A DNA stretch of 64,000 bases. Origin: Macrostomum lignano. Its lineage: Eukaryota. The position numbers were made by a program, and so were the translations under genes. A model generated the notes under the pieces. The model had not been told where the DNA came from. It saw only the letters and a list, made by a program, of their open reading frames with translations, and did not search any database. The stretch covers positions 1 through 64,000 of the forward strand of contig NIVC01000438.1 of NCBI GenBank assembly GCA_002269645.1, read 5' to 3'. Of the stretch, positions 39,411 through 51,118 are shown piece by piece. Position 1 is the first letter of the stretch, and every line of letters begins with the position of its first letter.

Positions 39411-42400
39411 TCCAATATACTAAAAATGAAAATCTTGCTTGCTTGTAATCGATTAGAGAAAAAATGGCTGGACCGATTTTGTTCGAACTTGCACTGTTCG
39501 ATCAGAAATTTTTCCGTGACTGTACATGCATCGTGGCTAAGAAATTGCTCGATGCTAAAGGCATTAAATATTCGAAAAACATGCTTTTTTGCAAAGGTCA
39601 AGCAGCTCTTTCGACTTGAAATGCATTGTAAGAATGCTAGAGAAAAAACTGGCTGGTTGAATTCTGATTCTGAAATAGATTGCATCATCACTGAATTGTA
39701 ACTCCGACTTGAATTGAAAATGCAGTGTGGAAGCGTAGCACCAGACTTGATTTAAATTGCGTAACCATATTGTTAACTGATACTGACTGACTGAGAAACT
39801 GATTATGTCATAACTGCTTGGATTTTAAAGTGTTGAATTATATAAGTGAAAAATTTGATGTTATTAAAACGATGAGAGCTAGCCTAGAGGTGAACAAACT
39901 GAACTGCCAAATGCAGCGACGATGGTTCGAATTTTCATAGAGTATAATTTTTTTAATTAAAGCTTTTCAACGTCAGGAAAACTAAAAGACTTTTTAAAAA
40001 GAAGCGTCATGTAAAAAATCATAGAAGTGTCATGTAAACAATCATAGAAGCGCCATGTAAAAAATCGTAAAAGCGTTATATAAAAATCATAGAAGCGTAA
40101 TGTAAAAAATCATAGAAGCGTCATGTAAACAATCATAGAAGCGTCATGTAAAAAATCATAGAAGCGTCATGAAAAAATCATAGAAGCGTCATGTAAAAAA
40201 TCATAGAAGCGTCATGTAAACAATCATAGAAGCGCCATGTAAAAAATCGTAAAAGCGTTATATAAAAATCATGGAAGTGTAATGTAAAAAATCATAGAAG
40301 CGTCATGTAAAAAATCATAGAAGCGTCATGAAAAAATCATAGAAGCGTCATGTAAACAATCATAGAAGCGTCATGCAAACAATCATAGAAGCGTCATGTA
40401 AAAATCATAGAAGCGTCATGAAAAAATCATAGAAGCGTCATGTAAACAATCATAGAAGCGTCATGCAAACAATCATAGAAGCGTCATGTAAAAGTCAAAA
40501 AAGCGTCATAAAAAATCATAGAAGCGTCATGAAAAAATCATGGAAGCGTCATGAAAAAATAATAAAAGCGTCATGTAATAATCATAGAAGCGTCATGCAA
40601 AAATCATAGAAGCGTCATGAAAAAATCATAGAAGCGTCATGTAAAAATCATAGAACCGTCATGTAAACAATCATAGTAGCGTCATAAAAAATCATAGAAG
40701 CGTCATGCAAACAATCATAGTAGCGTCATGTAAAAATCATAGAAGCGTCATGCAAACAATCATAGAAGCGTCATTTAAAAAATCATAGAAGCGTCATGTA
40801 AACAATCATAGAAGCGTCATGTAAAAAAAGCATAAAAGCGTCATAAAAAATCATAGAAGCGTCATGTAAAAAAAGCATAAAAGCGTCATGTAAAAAATCA
40901 TAAAAGCGTCATGTAAACAATCATAGAAGCGTCATAAAAAACCATAGAAGCGTAATGTAAAAAATCATAGAAGCGTCATGAAAAAATCATAGAAGTGACA
41001 TGAAAAAACCATTAATGTGTCATGTAAAAAATCATGGAAGCGTCATGCAAAAATCATAGAAGCGTCATGAAAAAATCATAGAAGCGTCATGTAAAAATCA
41101 TAGAAGCGTCATGTAAAAAATAATAGAAGCGTCATGTAAACAATCATAGAAGCGTCATGTAAACAATCATAGAAGCGTCATGAAAAAATCATAGAAGCGT
41201 CATGTAAAAAAAGCATAAAAGCGTCATGTAAAAAATCATAGAAGCGTCATGTAAACAATCATAGTAGCGTCATTAAAAATCATAGAAGCGTCATGCAAAC
41301 AATCATAGTAGCGTCATGTAAAAATCATAGAAGCGTCATTTAAACAATCATAGAAGCGTCATAAAAAAACCATAGAAGCGTAATGTAAAAAATCATAGAA
41401 GCGTCATGAAAAAATCATAGAAGCGTCATGTAAAAAAAGCATAAAAGCGTCATGTAAAAAATCATAGAAGCGTCATGTAAACAATCATAGAAGCGTCATA
41501 AAAAAACCATAGAAGCGTCATGTAAACAAGCATAGAAGCGTCATGTAAAAATCATAGAAGGGTCATGTAAACAATCATAGAAGAGTCATGTAAACAATCA
41601 TAGAAGCGTCATGTAAACAATCATAGAAGCGTCATGTAAAAATCATAGAAGCGTCATGTAAACAAGCATAGAAGCGTCATGTAAAAATCAAAGAAGCGTC
41701 ATGTAAACAATCATAGAAGCGTCATGTAAACAATCATAGAAGCGTCATAAAAAAACCATAGAAGCGTCATGTAAACAATCATAGAAGCATCATGTAAAAA
41801 TCATAGAAGCGTCATGTAAAAAATCATAGAAGCGTCATGTAAACAATCATGGAAGCGTCATGTAAAAAATCATAGAAGCGTCATGTAAAAAATCGTAGAA
41901 GTGTCATGTAAAAAATCTTGGAAGCATCATGTAAAAAGCATAGAAGTGTCATGTAAAAAATCATAGAAGCGTCATGCAAACAATCATAGAAGCTTCATGT
42001 AAAAAATCGTAGAAGCGTCATGAAAAAATCATTAAAGCGTCATGTAAAAATCAGAGAAGCATCGTGTAAACAATCATAGAAGCGTCATGTAAAAAATCGT
42101 AAGAGCGTAATATAAAAATCATAGAAGCGTCATTTAAAAAATCATAGAGGCGTCATATAAAAATCAAAAAAACGTCATTTAAAAAATCATAGAAGCGTCA
42201 TGTAAACAATCATAGAAGCGTCATGTAAAAAATCATAGAAGCGTCATGTAAAAATCATAGAAGCGTCATGTAAAAATCATAAAAGCGTCATGTAAACAAT
42301 CATAGAAGCGTCATTTAAAAAATCATAGAAGCGTCATTTTAAAAATCATAGAAGCGTCATGTAAAAATCATAAAAGCGTCATGTAAACAATCATAGAAGC

Positions 42401-43722
42401 GTCATTTAAATAATCATAGAAGCGTCATTTTAAAAATCATAGAAGCGTCATGTAAACAATCATACAAGCGTCATGTAAAAAATCATAGAAGCGTCATGAA
42501 ACAATCATAGAAGCGTCATGTTAAAATCATAGAAGCGTCATTTAAAAACTAATGAAAGTGTCATTTAAAAAATTAAGAAGCATCATAGTAGAATAAAAGA
42601 AGCGTCATGTCAGACATGAAAGGTGTCATGGAAAAATTAAATGCAGCTATAATGCTGTGCTGGGGAGAAAAACTGAGACGTCAAGGCTCTCAGAGAATAA
42701 CTGAGATTACGGGGGGGGGGGTTTCTGAGATGTCAAAGCAAAAGTCAGAAGCTACTTCAAAGTTCATGTACTTTACTCAATTTTTTATTGCATTCTTTGT
42801 TGGCTCGCCACAGGGGGGCGCTGATAGAAGAAGAGTCATGTAAAAAATAAAAGTAGCACTAAGTATACATAAAAGAAAAGTCATGTCGAAGTTAAAAGAT
42901 TCATTTGGGAATTGCTACGATGTCAAAGCTAGGTGGAAATCGTTATAGTGCTGTGATTCTTAAAGAAGGAATCACTAAAATGTCAAGGCTTAGGGGAGAA
43001 GAATTGCTGAGATTTCAAGGCTTTATGTTGGGTTAAAGTTAGGTTTAGGTCAGGTGTGGGTTGAGGGTTATATTTTATCGAGTTTCAAGGTTAGCAGGGG
43101 ATTTTTCAGATTTCAAGGTTTATGGGCGCCATCGCTGACATGTTAAGGCTTACGGGGGGAATAGCTGAGATATCAAGGCTCACGGGGGTATAAATGAGAT
43201 TTCAAGGCTAAAGTCAGAAGCTACATGTAGTTTATTGAAAACTTTTTATTACATTATTTGATGCCTCCTCAGGGGAGGGATCGCTGATTAAAAAAGCGTA
43301 ATGTAAAAAATAAAAGAAGCTTCATGTCGAAGTTAAGATATTCATTTGGGAATCCCTACGATGTCGAGGCTTGCAGGGAATCGCTATAATGCTGTAGTAG
43401 TGCTATAATGACTCTTAGAGAGAATTACTGAAATTTCAATGCTTTAGGGTTAGGTTAGGGTTAGGGTTAGGGTTGGGGTTAGGCTAGGGTTAGGGTTAGA
43501 AGGTTGACAGATATTTTTAGATTTCCAAGGCTTATTGGGGGCATGGCTGAGATGTCAAGGGGGGAAGTTGATATGTTAAAGCTTGTGGGGGGGAATTACT
43601 GACATGTCAAGGCTTACAAGGTTTGATAGGAGATTTTTTAAGATTTCAAGGATACATGTAGCTTATTAAAAAAACGTGTATTGCATTTCTTTGGCTCCCC
43701 AACGGGGGGCGTAGATTGCTAG
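39411..43722 (+). mobile_element. Helitron-like element F (A/D subfamily)
   Basis: 5' TCCAATATACTAAAAATG directly after the CTAG of E; 3' hairpin + GATTGCTAG|T. Confidence 0.85.
40003..42545. repeat. 22-23-bp minisatellite (ATCATAGAAGCGTCATGTAAACA)n inside F
   Basis: Directly visible. Confidence 0.95.
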
Positions 43723-46700
43723 TCACAACTCAATTGGAATAGAATGGATTGCTAATCTAGCCAATCACAAATCAATTGGAATAGAATGGATTGCTAATCT
43801 AGCCAATCACAAATCAATTGGAATAGAATGGATTGCTAATCTAGCCAATCACAAATCAATTAGAATAGAATGGATTGCTAATCTAGCCAATAACGGATCA
43901 ATTGGAATAGAATGGATTGCTAATCTAGCCAATCACAGATCAATTGGAATAGAATGGATTGCTAATCTAGCCAATTACAGATCAATTAGAATAGAATGGA
44001 TTGCTAATCTAGCCAATCACGGATCAATTAGAATAGAATGGATTGCTAATCTAGCCAATCACATCAATTGGAATAGAATGGATTGCTAATCTAGCCAATC
44101 ACAGATCAATTAGAATAGAATGGATTGCTAATCTAGCCAATCACAGATCAATTAGAATAGAATGGATTGCTAATCTAGCCAATCACAGATCAATTGGAAT
44201 AGAATGGATTGCTAATCTAGCCAATCACAAATCAATTGGAATAGAATGGATTGCTAATCTAGCCAATCACTGATCAATTGGAATAGAATGGATTGCTAAT
44301 CTAGCCAATCACTGATCAATTGGAATAGAATGCATTGCTAATCTAGCCAATCACAGATCAATTGGAATAGAACGGATTGCTAACCTAGCCAATCACAGAT
44401 CAATTGGAATAGAACGGATTGCTAACCTAGCCAATCACAAATCAATTGGAATAGAATGGATTGCTAACCTAGCCAATCACAAATCAATTGGAATAGAATG
44501 GATTGCTAACCTAGCCAATCACTGATCAATTGGAATAGAATGCATTGCTAATCTAGCCAATCACTGATCAATTGGAATCGAATGCATTGCTAATCTAGCC
44601 AATCACAGATCAATTGGAATAGAATGGATTGCTAATCTAGCCAATCACAGATCAATTGGAATAGAATGGATTGCTAATCTAGCCAATCACAGATCAATTG
44701 GAATAGAATGGATTGCTAATCTAGCCAATCACAAATCAATTGGAGTAGAATGCATTGCTAATCTAGCCAATCACAGATCAATTGGAATAGAATGGATTGC
44801 TAATCTAGCCAATCACAGATCAATTGGAATAGAATGGATTGCTAATCTAGCCAATCACAGATCAATTAGAATAGAATGGATTGCTAATCTAGCCAATCAC
44901 GGATCAATTAGAATAGAATGGATTGCTAATCTAGCCAATCACAGATCAATTGGAATAGAATGGATTGCTAATCTAGCCAATCACATCAATTGGAATAGAA
45001 TGGATTGCTAATCTAGCCAATCACAAATCAATTGGAATAGAATGGATTGCTAATCTAGCCAATCACAAATCAATTGGAATAGAATGGATTGCTAATCTAG
45101 CCAATCACAGATCAATTGGAATAGAATGGATTGCTAATCTAGCCAATCACAGATCAATTGGAATAGAATGGATTGCTAATCTAGCCAATCACAGATCAAT
45201 TAGAATAGAATGGATTGCTAATCTAGCCAATCACGGATCAATTAGAATAGAATGGATTGCTAATCTAGCCAATCACAGATCAATTGGAATAGAATGGATT
45301 GCTAATCTAGCCAATCACATCAATTGGAATAGAATGGATTGCTAATCTAGCCAATCACAAATCAATTGGAATAGAATGGATTGCTAATCTAGCCAATCAC
45401 AAATCAATTGGAATAGAATGGATTGCTAATCTAGCCAATCACTGATCAATTGGAATAGAATGGATTGCTAATCTAGCCAAACACAAATCAATTAGAATAG
45501 AATGGATTGCTAATCTAGCCAATCACGGATCAATTGGAATAGAATGGATTGCTAATCTAGCCAATCACAGATCAATTGGAATAGAATGGATTGCTAATTT
45601 AGCCAATTACAGATCAATTAGAATAGAATGGATTGCTAATCTAGCCAATCACAGATCAATTGGAATAGAATGGATTGCTAATCTAGCCAATCACAGATCA
45701 ATTGGAATAGAATGGATTGCTAATCTAGCCAATCACAGATCAATTGGAATAGAATGGATTGCTAATCTAGCCAATCACAAATCAATTGGAGTAGAATGCA
45801 TTGCTAATCTAGCCAATCACAGATCAATTGGAATAGAATGGATTGCTAATCTAGCCAATCACAGATCAATTGGAATAGAATGGATTGCTAATCTAGCCAA
45901 TCACAGATCAATTGGAATAGAATGGATTGCTAATCTAGCCAATCACAGATCAATTGGAATAGAATGGATTGCTAATCTAGCCAATCACAAATCAATTGGA
46001 GTAGAATGCATTGCTAATCTAGCCAATCACAGATCAATTGGAATAGAATGGATTGCTAATCTAGCCAATCACAGATCAATTGGAATAGAATGGATTGCTA
46101 ATCTAGCCAATCACAGATCAATTAGAATAGAATGGATTGCTAATCTAGCCAATCACGGATCAATTAGAATAGAATGGATTGCTAATCTAGCCAATCACAG
46201 ATCAATTGGAATAGAATGGATTGCTAATCTAGCCAATCACATCAATTGGAATAGAATGGATTGCTAATCTAGCCAATCACAAATCAATTGGAATAGAATG
46301 GATTGCTAATCTAGCCAATCACAAATCAATTGGAATAGAATGGATTGCTAATCTAGCCAATCACAGATCAATTGGAATAGAATGGATTGCTAATCTAGCC
46401 AATCACGGATCAATTGGAATAGAATGGATTGCTAATCTAGCCAATCACAGATCAATTGGAATAGAATGGATTGCTAATCTAGCCAATCACAGATCAATTG
46501 GAATAGAATGGATTGCTAATCTAGCCAATCACTGATCAATTGGAATAGAATGCATTGCTAATCTAGCCAATCACAGATCAATTGGAATAGAATGGATTGC
46601 TAATCTAGCCAATCACGGATCAATTAGAATAGAATGGATTGCTAATCTAGCCAATCACAGATCAATTGGAATAGAATGGATTGCTAATCTAGCCAATCAC

Positions 46701-46830
46701 AGATCAATTAGAATAGAATGCATTGCTAATCTAGCCAATCACAAATCAATTGGAATAGAATGGATTGCTAATCTAGCCAATCACAGATCAATTGGAATAG
46801 AATGGATTGCTAATCTAGCCAATCACGGAT
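43723..46830. repeat. 42-bp satellite (TCAATTGGAATAGAATGGATTGCTAATCTAGCCAATCACAGA)n, about 74 copies; split first unit at 16957-16992
   Basis: Period 42 (AGAATGG at 43741 and 43783); ends 8 bp before the exon-2 acceptor. Confidence 0.95.
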
Positions 46831-46838
46831 CATTTCAG

Positions 46839-47454
46839 AGGCCAAGCCAGAGCTCAAGTATTTCTAAACGACTCCGATTTCGACAGCCTCATTATCCTGC
46901 TCAACCAGTTCTACCGTCTCCGTGACGTGCACAACGCCATCACATCGGAGATTCTGAAGCCGATCTACAGGTATTATTACCTGTACTTCAGCCAGGACAA
47001 GCAGCACCAGCGGCAGCTGGAATCCGTTATCAACGCCGCCAACACCGCGAAGATCTTCATCAACTCCGTACAGGAGGAGGGCGACCAGAGGCGATTCGCT
47101 CCGAAGCCATTCGGCAAAGAGGAGGTGAAGCCGCATCGCAAGGTCTGGCACGTGCTCAGTTTCTTAGAAAACTCCCTGCTCGGACTGCGGCCGATTCTGG
47201 AGCAGCTGGAGGACTGGCAGCTGGAGCACCGGGTGCACCTGGACGGCCAGGAAATCGACTTCTTGCAGCCTCTGCTTTCGTACCGGTACGGCAGGGTGAC
47301 GGAGGCCAAGCCTACTGCTCCTGCTGATGGTGATGAAGACGGCGGGATGCTGAGAGGTCGGAGGCTGCGGGGCAGTCAACGGCAGCGACAGCGACAGCAG
47401 CAGGAGCCGAGACGGTGGGAGGACCAGCTCAGGGTTCACGGAGAGCCAATCAAG
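46839..47454 (+). CDS. Uncharacterised gene, exon 2 (GQARAQVFLNDSDFDSLIILLNQFYRLRDVHNAI...EPRRWEDQLR)
   Basis: Acceptor CATTTCAG| at 46838 (phase 2); long open frame; donor uncertain (phase-0 GT at 47434 or 47455). Confidence 0.75.
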
Positions 47455-47494
47455 GTCTTTATGACCCACGGTCCACGGATTTGTTGTACATCCG

Positions 47495-48400
47495 TTCACT
47501 GCTTTAGTGACTAATTTACTACTTCAGTCACTCATTCACTACTTCAGTCACTCATTCACTGCTTCAGTCACTCATTCACTGTTTCAGTCACTAATTAACT
47601 CTGTCAGTCACTCATTCACTGCTTCAGTCACTCATTCACTGTTTCAGTCACTCATTCACTACTTCAGTCACTCATTCACTACTTCAGTCACTCATTCACT
47701 ACTTCAGTCGCTCATTCACTACTTAAGTCGCTCATTCACTACTTCAGTCGCTCATTCACTACTTAAGTCGCTCATTCACTACTTCAGTCACTCATTCACT
47801 ACTTCAGTCACTCATTCACTACTTCAGTCACTCATTCACTACTTCAGTCACTCATTCACTACTTCAGTCACTCATTCACTACTTAAGTCACTCATTCACT
47901 ACTTAAGTCACCCATTCACTACTTAAGTCACCCATTCACTACTTTAGTCGCTCATTCACTACTTTAGTCGCTCATTCACTACTTCAGTCACTCATCATTG
48001 TTCCAGTCACTCATCATTGTTCCAGTCACTCATCATTGTTCCAGTCACTCATCATTGTTCCAGTCACTCATTCACTGTTTCAGCCACTCATTCACTATTT
48101 TAGTCACTCATTCACTACTTTAGTCGCTCATTCACTACTTTAGTCGCTCATTCACTACTTTAGTCGCTTATTCACTACTTTAGTCACTCATTCACTACTC
48201 CAGTCACTCATCATTGTTCTAGTCACTCATCATTTTTCCAGTCACTCATTCACTGTTTCAGCCACTCATTCACTATTTTAGTCACTCATTCACTGTTTCA
48301 GTCACTCATTCACTACTTTTGTCACTCATTCACTGCTTCAGTCACCCATTCACTGCTTCAGTCACTCATTCACTGCTTCATTCACTCATTCACAGATTAA
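47495..48400 (+). repeat. 20-bp minisatellite (CAGTCACTCATTCACTACTT)n, left arm of an inverted pair
   Basis: Directly visible. Confidence 0.95.
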
Positions 48401-48539
48401 TCGCTCATTTAGTCACTTGAGTCACTCAAATACTACTCCATTCACTTATTCATTTTTCTATTTGATAGTTCACGGCTCAATAACCTATTAAGCGATTTAA
48501 TTATCACCTTTACCAATTCCTAATTTCGCCCTGAAACAG

Positions 48540-48848
48540 GTGGCCCCAGCATTTCCCAAACGCTTCGGCGGCATGGTAAATAACTACCTGTCAGCCAGGG
48601 ACGACCACTACCTGCAGCAGCGAGTTGAAAGTTACTGGGAGCAGGAGGCCGCTCTAGACGAGTGGCGCAGACGACCCGTGGTCCGGCAAGAGAAACAGCA
48701 GCAGAAGCAGCAGCCCCTACTGGCCATTGCCGCACCCCCAATTGCCAGCTCAAGGTTCCAAGAGGCATCCAGCGGACGCTATCTTGAGCAGATCGTGGTG
48801 CCCGCACGGCCACCGTCTGCGAGCTACGGAACCGATCGTGGGTTTGAA
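48540..48848 (+). CDS. Uncharacterised gene, exon 3 (VAPAFPKRFGG...TDRGFE), 309 bp, phase 0-0
   Basis: Acceptor GAAACAG| at 48539; donor GAA|GTAAGT at 48849. Confidence 0.75.
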
Positions 48849-48904
48849 GTAAGTCTTGGAGTTACCGATGGTTGGAATAGGTAGTAGTATCATAATGTAC
48901 GAGT

Positions 48905-49750
48905 AGTAACTGAATGAGTGACTGAAACGGTGAAAAAGTGACTGAAGCTGTGAATGAGTGACTGAAGCTGTGAATGAGTGACAGAAGCAGTGAATGAGTG
49001 ACAGCAGTGAATGAGTGACTAAAGCAGTGAATGAGTGACTGAAGTAGTGAATGAGTGACTGAAGCAGTGAATGAGTGACAGCAGTGAATGAGTGACTGAA
49101 GCAGTGAATGAGTGACAGAAGCAGCGAATGAGTGACAGAAGCAGTGAATGAGTGACAGAAGCAGTGAATGAGTAACAGAAGCAGCGAATGAGTGACAGAA
49201 GTAGTGAATAAGTGACTGAAGCAGTGAATGAGTGACTGAAACAGTGAATGAGTGACTGAAGCAGTGTGAATGAGCGACAGAAGCAGTGAATGAGTGACTG
49301 AAGCAGTGAATGAGTGACTGAAACAGTGAATTAGTGACTGAAACAGTGAATGAGTGACTGAAACAGTGAATGAGTGACTGAAGCAGTGAATAAGTGACTG
49401 AAACAGTGAATGAGTGACTGAAGCAGTGAATGAGTGACTGACAGAGTTAATTAGTGACTGAAACAGTGAATGAGTGACTGAAGCAGTGAATGAGTGACTG
49501 AAACAGTGAATGAGTGACTGAAACAGTGAATGAGTGACTGAAGCAGTGAATGAGTGACTGACAGAGTTAATTAGTGACTGAAACAGTGAATGAGTGACTG
49601 AAGCAGTGAATGAGTGACTGGAACGATGATGAGTGACTGGAGTAGTGAATGAGTGACTAAAGTAGTGAATAAGCGACTAAAGTAGTGAATGAGTGACTGA
49701 AGCAGTGAATGAGTGACTGAAGTAGTGAATGAGTGACTGAAACAGTGAAT
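48905..49750 (-). repeat. The same 20-bp minisatellite in inverted orientation (AAGCAGTGAATGAGTGACTG)n, right arm
   Basis: Reverse complement of 47495-48400, including the same rare variant units. Confidence 0.95.
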
Positions 49751-49784
49751 GCGTGATTTTGAGAGTTATCAAGATAATACGCAG

Positions 49785-50127
49785 ATCTTCCAGATCTTCA
49801 ACCACCCATCGCAGTCATCACGCCACGGGCCGCCAGCGTTCATCACCGAGGACGCTGCAGCTGGTGGCAGCGACCCGGGTAGCAACGGCGAAACGCCCCG
49901 AGCTGGCACGAGGCTCCCACCGTTGGGTCAGCCGCTGCCGCGTGTTTCGGCGGACGCGCCTGTCCGAGCTGTCCGAGGATTTGATCCGGACACCTACTTG
50001 GAGGAGCTGCGCGGCACTGAAGCGAAATTGCAGGTGGTGACGGCGGCTCTGAAGCAGCAGGAAGCTGAGTCAGCTGATCTCCTAGCCAAGATGTCCGGAG
50101 CCGGCCGGGGCGGCGGAGGAGGAAATG
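49785..50127 (+). CDS. Uncharacterised gene, exon 4 (IFQIFNHP...YLEELRGTEAKLQVVTAALKQQE...GGGGN)
   Basis: Acceptor CGCAG| at 49784 (alternative 49793); donor G|GTAACC at 50128 (phase 1); coiled-coil-like stretch. Confidence 0.7.
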
Positions 50128-50449
50128 GTAACCACGGGTGATGAAGATTGATAAGAGAAGATTGTAGTTGAAAAATGAAAGTTGCGCAGCCAGGACAAGC
50201 AGAGGAACTGAGATGAGTGGTTTAGGGATGGATATTATATGGAGAGGGAAGCGGTGGCAAAATTAATAGATTGGATTTTAACACGTTAAGAGATATTATT
50301 GATACGGAGCTGGGAATGTTAAATAAAGATAGAGACAGAGAGGCTGAGAGAGGATAGTGACAGAAAAAGAGTAAAAGACTGAGAGAATAAAGACCGTAGA
50401 GGGTACAGAGGCTAGCGACTGATAGCGGGTGGAGAGGGTAGAGGGTAGA

Positions 50450-50890
50450 GGCAGAGAGAGGATAGATGAGAGAGGTTGGAGACTGAGAGAAGATAGATGA
50501 GAGAGGTTGGAGACTGAGAGAGGATAGATGAGAGAGGTTGGAGACTGAGAGAAGATAGATGAGAGAGGTTGGAGACTGAGAGAAGATAGATGAGAGAGGT
50601 TGGAGACTGAGAGAGGATAGATGAGAGGAGGTTGGAGACTGAGAGACGGTAGAGACCGAGAAAAGGTAGATGAGACAGGGTAGAGACAGAGAGACGGTAG
50701 AGACCGAGAAAAGGTAGATGAGACAGGGTAGAGACAGAGAGACGGTAGAGACCGAGAAAAGGTATGAGATGAGACAGGGTAGAGACAGAGAGACGGTAGA
50801 GACCGAGAAAAGGTAGATGAGACAGGGTAGAGACAGAGAGACGGTAGAGACCGAGAAAAGGTAGATGAGACAGGGTAGAGACAGAGAGAG
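50450..50890. repeat. AG-rich tandem repeats (about 31-bp units, then about 48-bp units) in intron 4
   Basis: Directly visible. Confidence 0.85.
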
Positions 50891-50960
50891 GGAGATTGGA
50901 GTTAATTTCTATTAAACAGCCAGTCCCAATCGACCATTCGACGCCCCACAGTTGGCACAG

Positions 50961-51118
50961 GCCAGGAGCAGCAGCAGCAGAGCAGCTTCGACTGGCTGCA
51001 GGTGCTCCGCCAAGAGAAGAAGGCGAGCATTCACAGCCTGAAGCAGCGCATCGATTTGCTCAACTTTCAAAAGAAGCTCATCCTGAGCCGATTGCAAGCT
51101 CCAATGTTTACATATTAA
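50961..51118 (+). CDS. Uncharacterised gene, last exon (GQEQQQQSSFDWLQVLRQEKKASIHSLKQRIDLLNFQKKLILSRLQAPMFTY*)
   Basis: Acceptor GGCACAG| at 50960 (phase 1); TAA at 51116-51118; this frame is absent from the ORF track. Confidence 0.65.

Larger units (their letters stand above)
16993..43722. mobile_element. Composite array of non-autonomous Helitron-like elements inserted as a block at an A|T site
   Basis: Begins TC (16993) and ends hairpin + CTAG (43719-43722); the flanks rejoin as CTAGCCAA|TCACAACTCAATTGG, a 42-bp satellite unit, with no TSD. Confidence 0.85.

Noticed and set aside
16993-43722. Autonomous Helitron Rep/helicase or captured host gene
   Set aside because: No non-repetitive ORF of meaningful length; the ~90-aa ORFs in the shared 5' module are open on both strands and vary between copies.
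43723-46830. CRISPR-like regular array
   Set aside because: Units are contiguous with no unique spacers, the context is eukaryotic and there are no cas genes.
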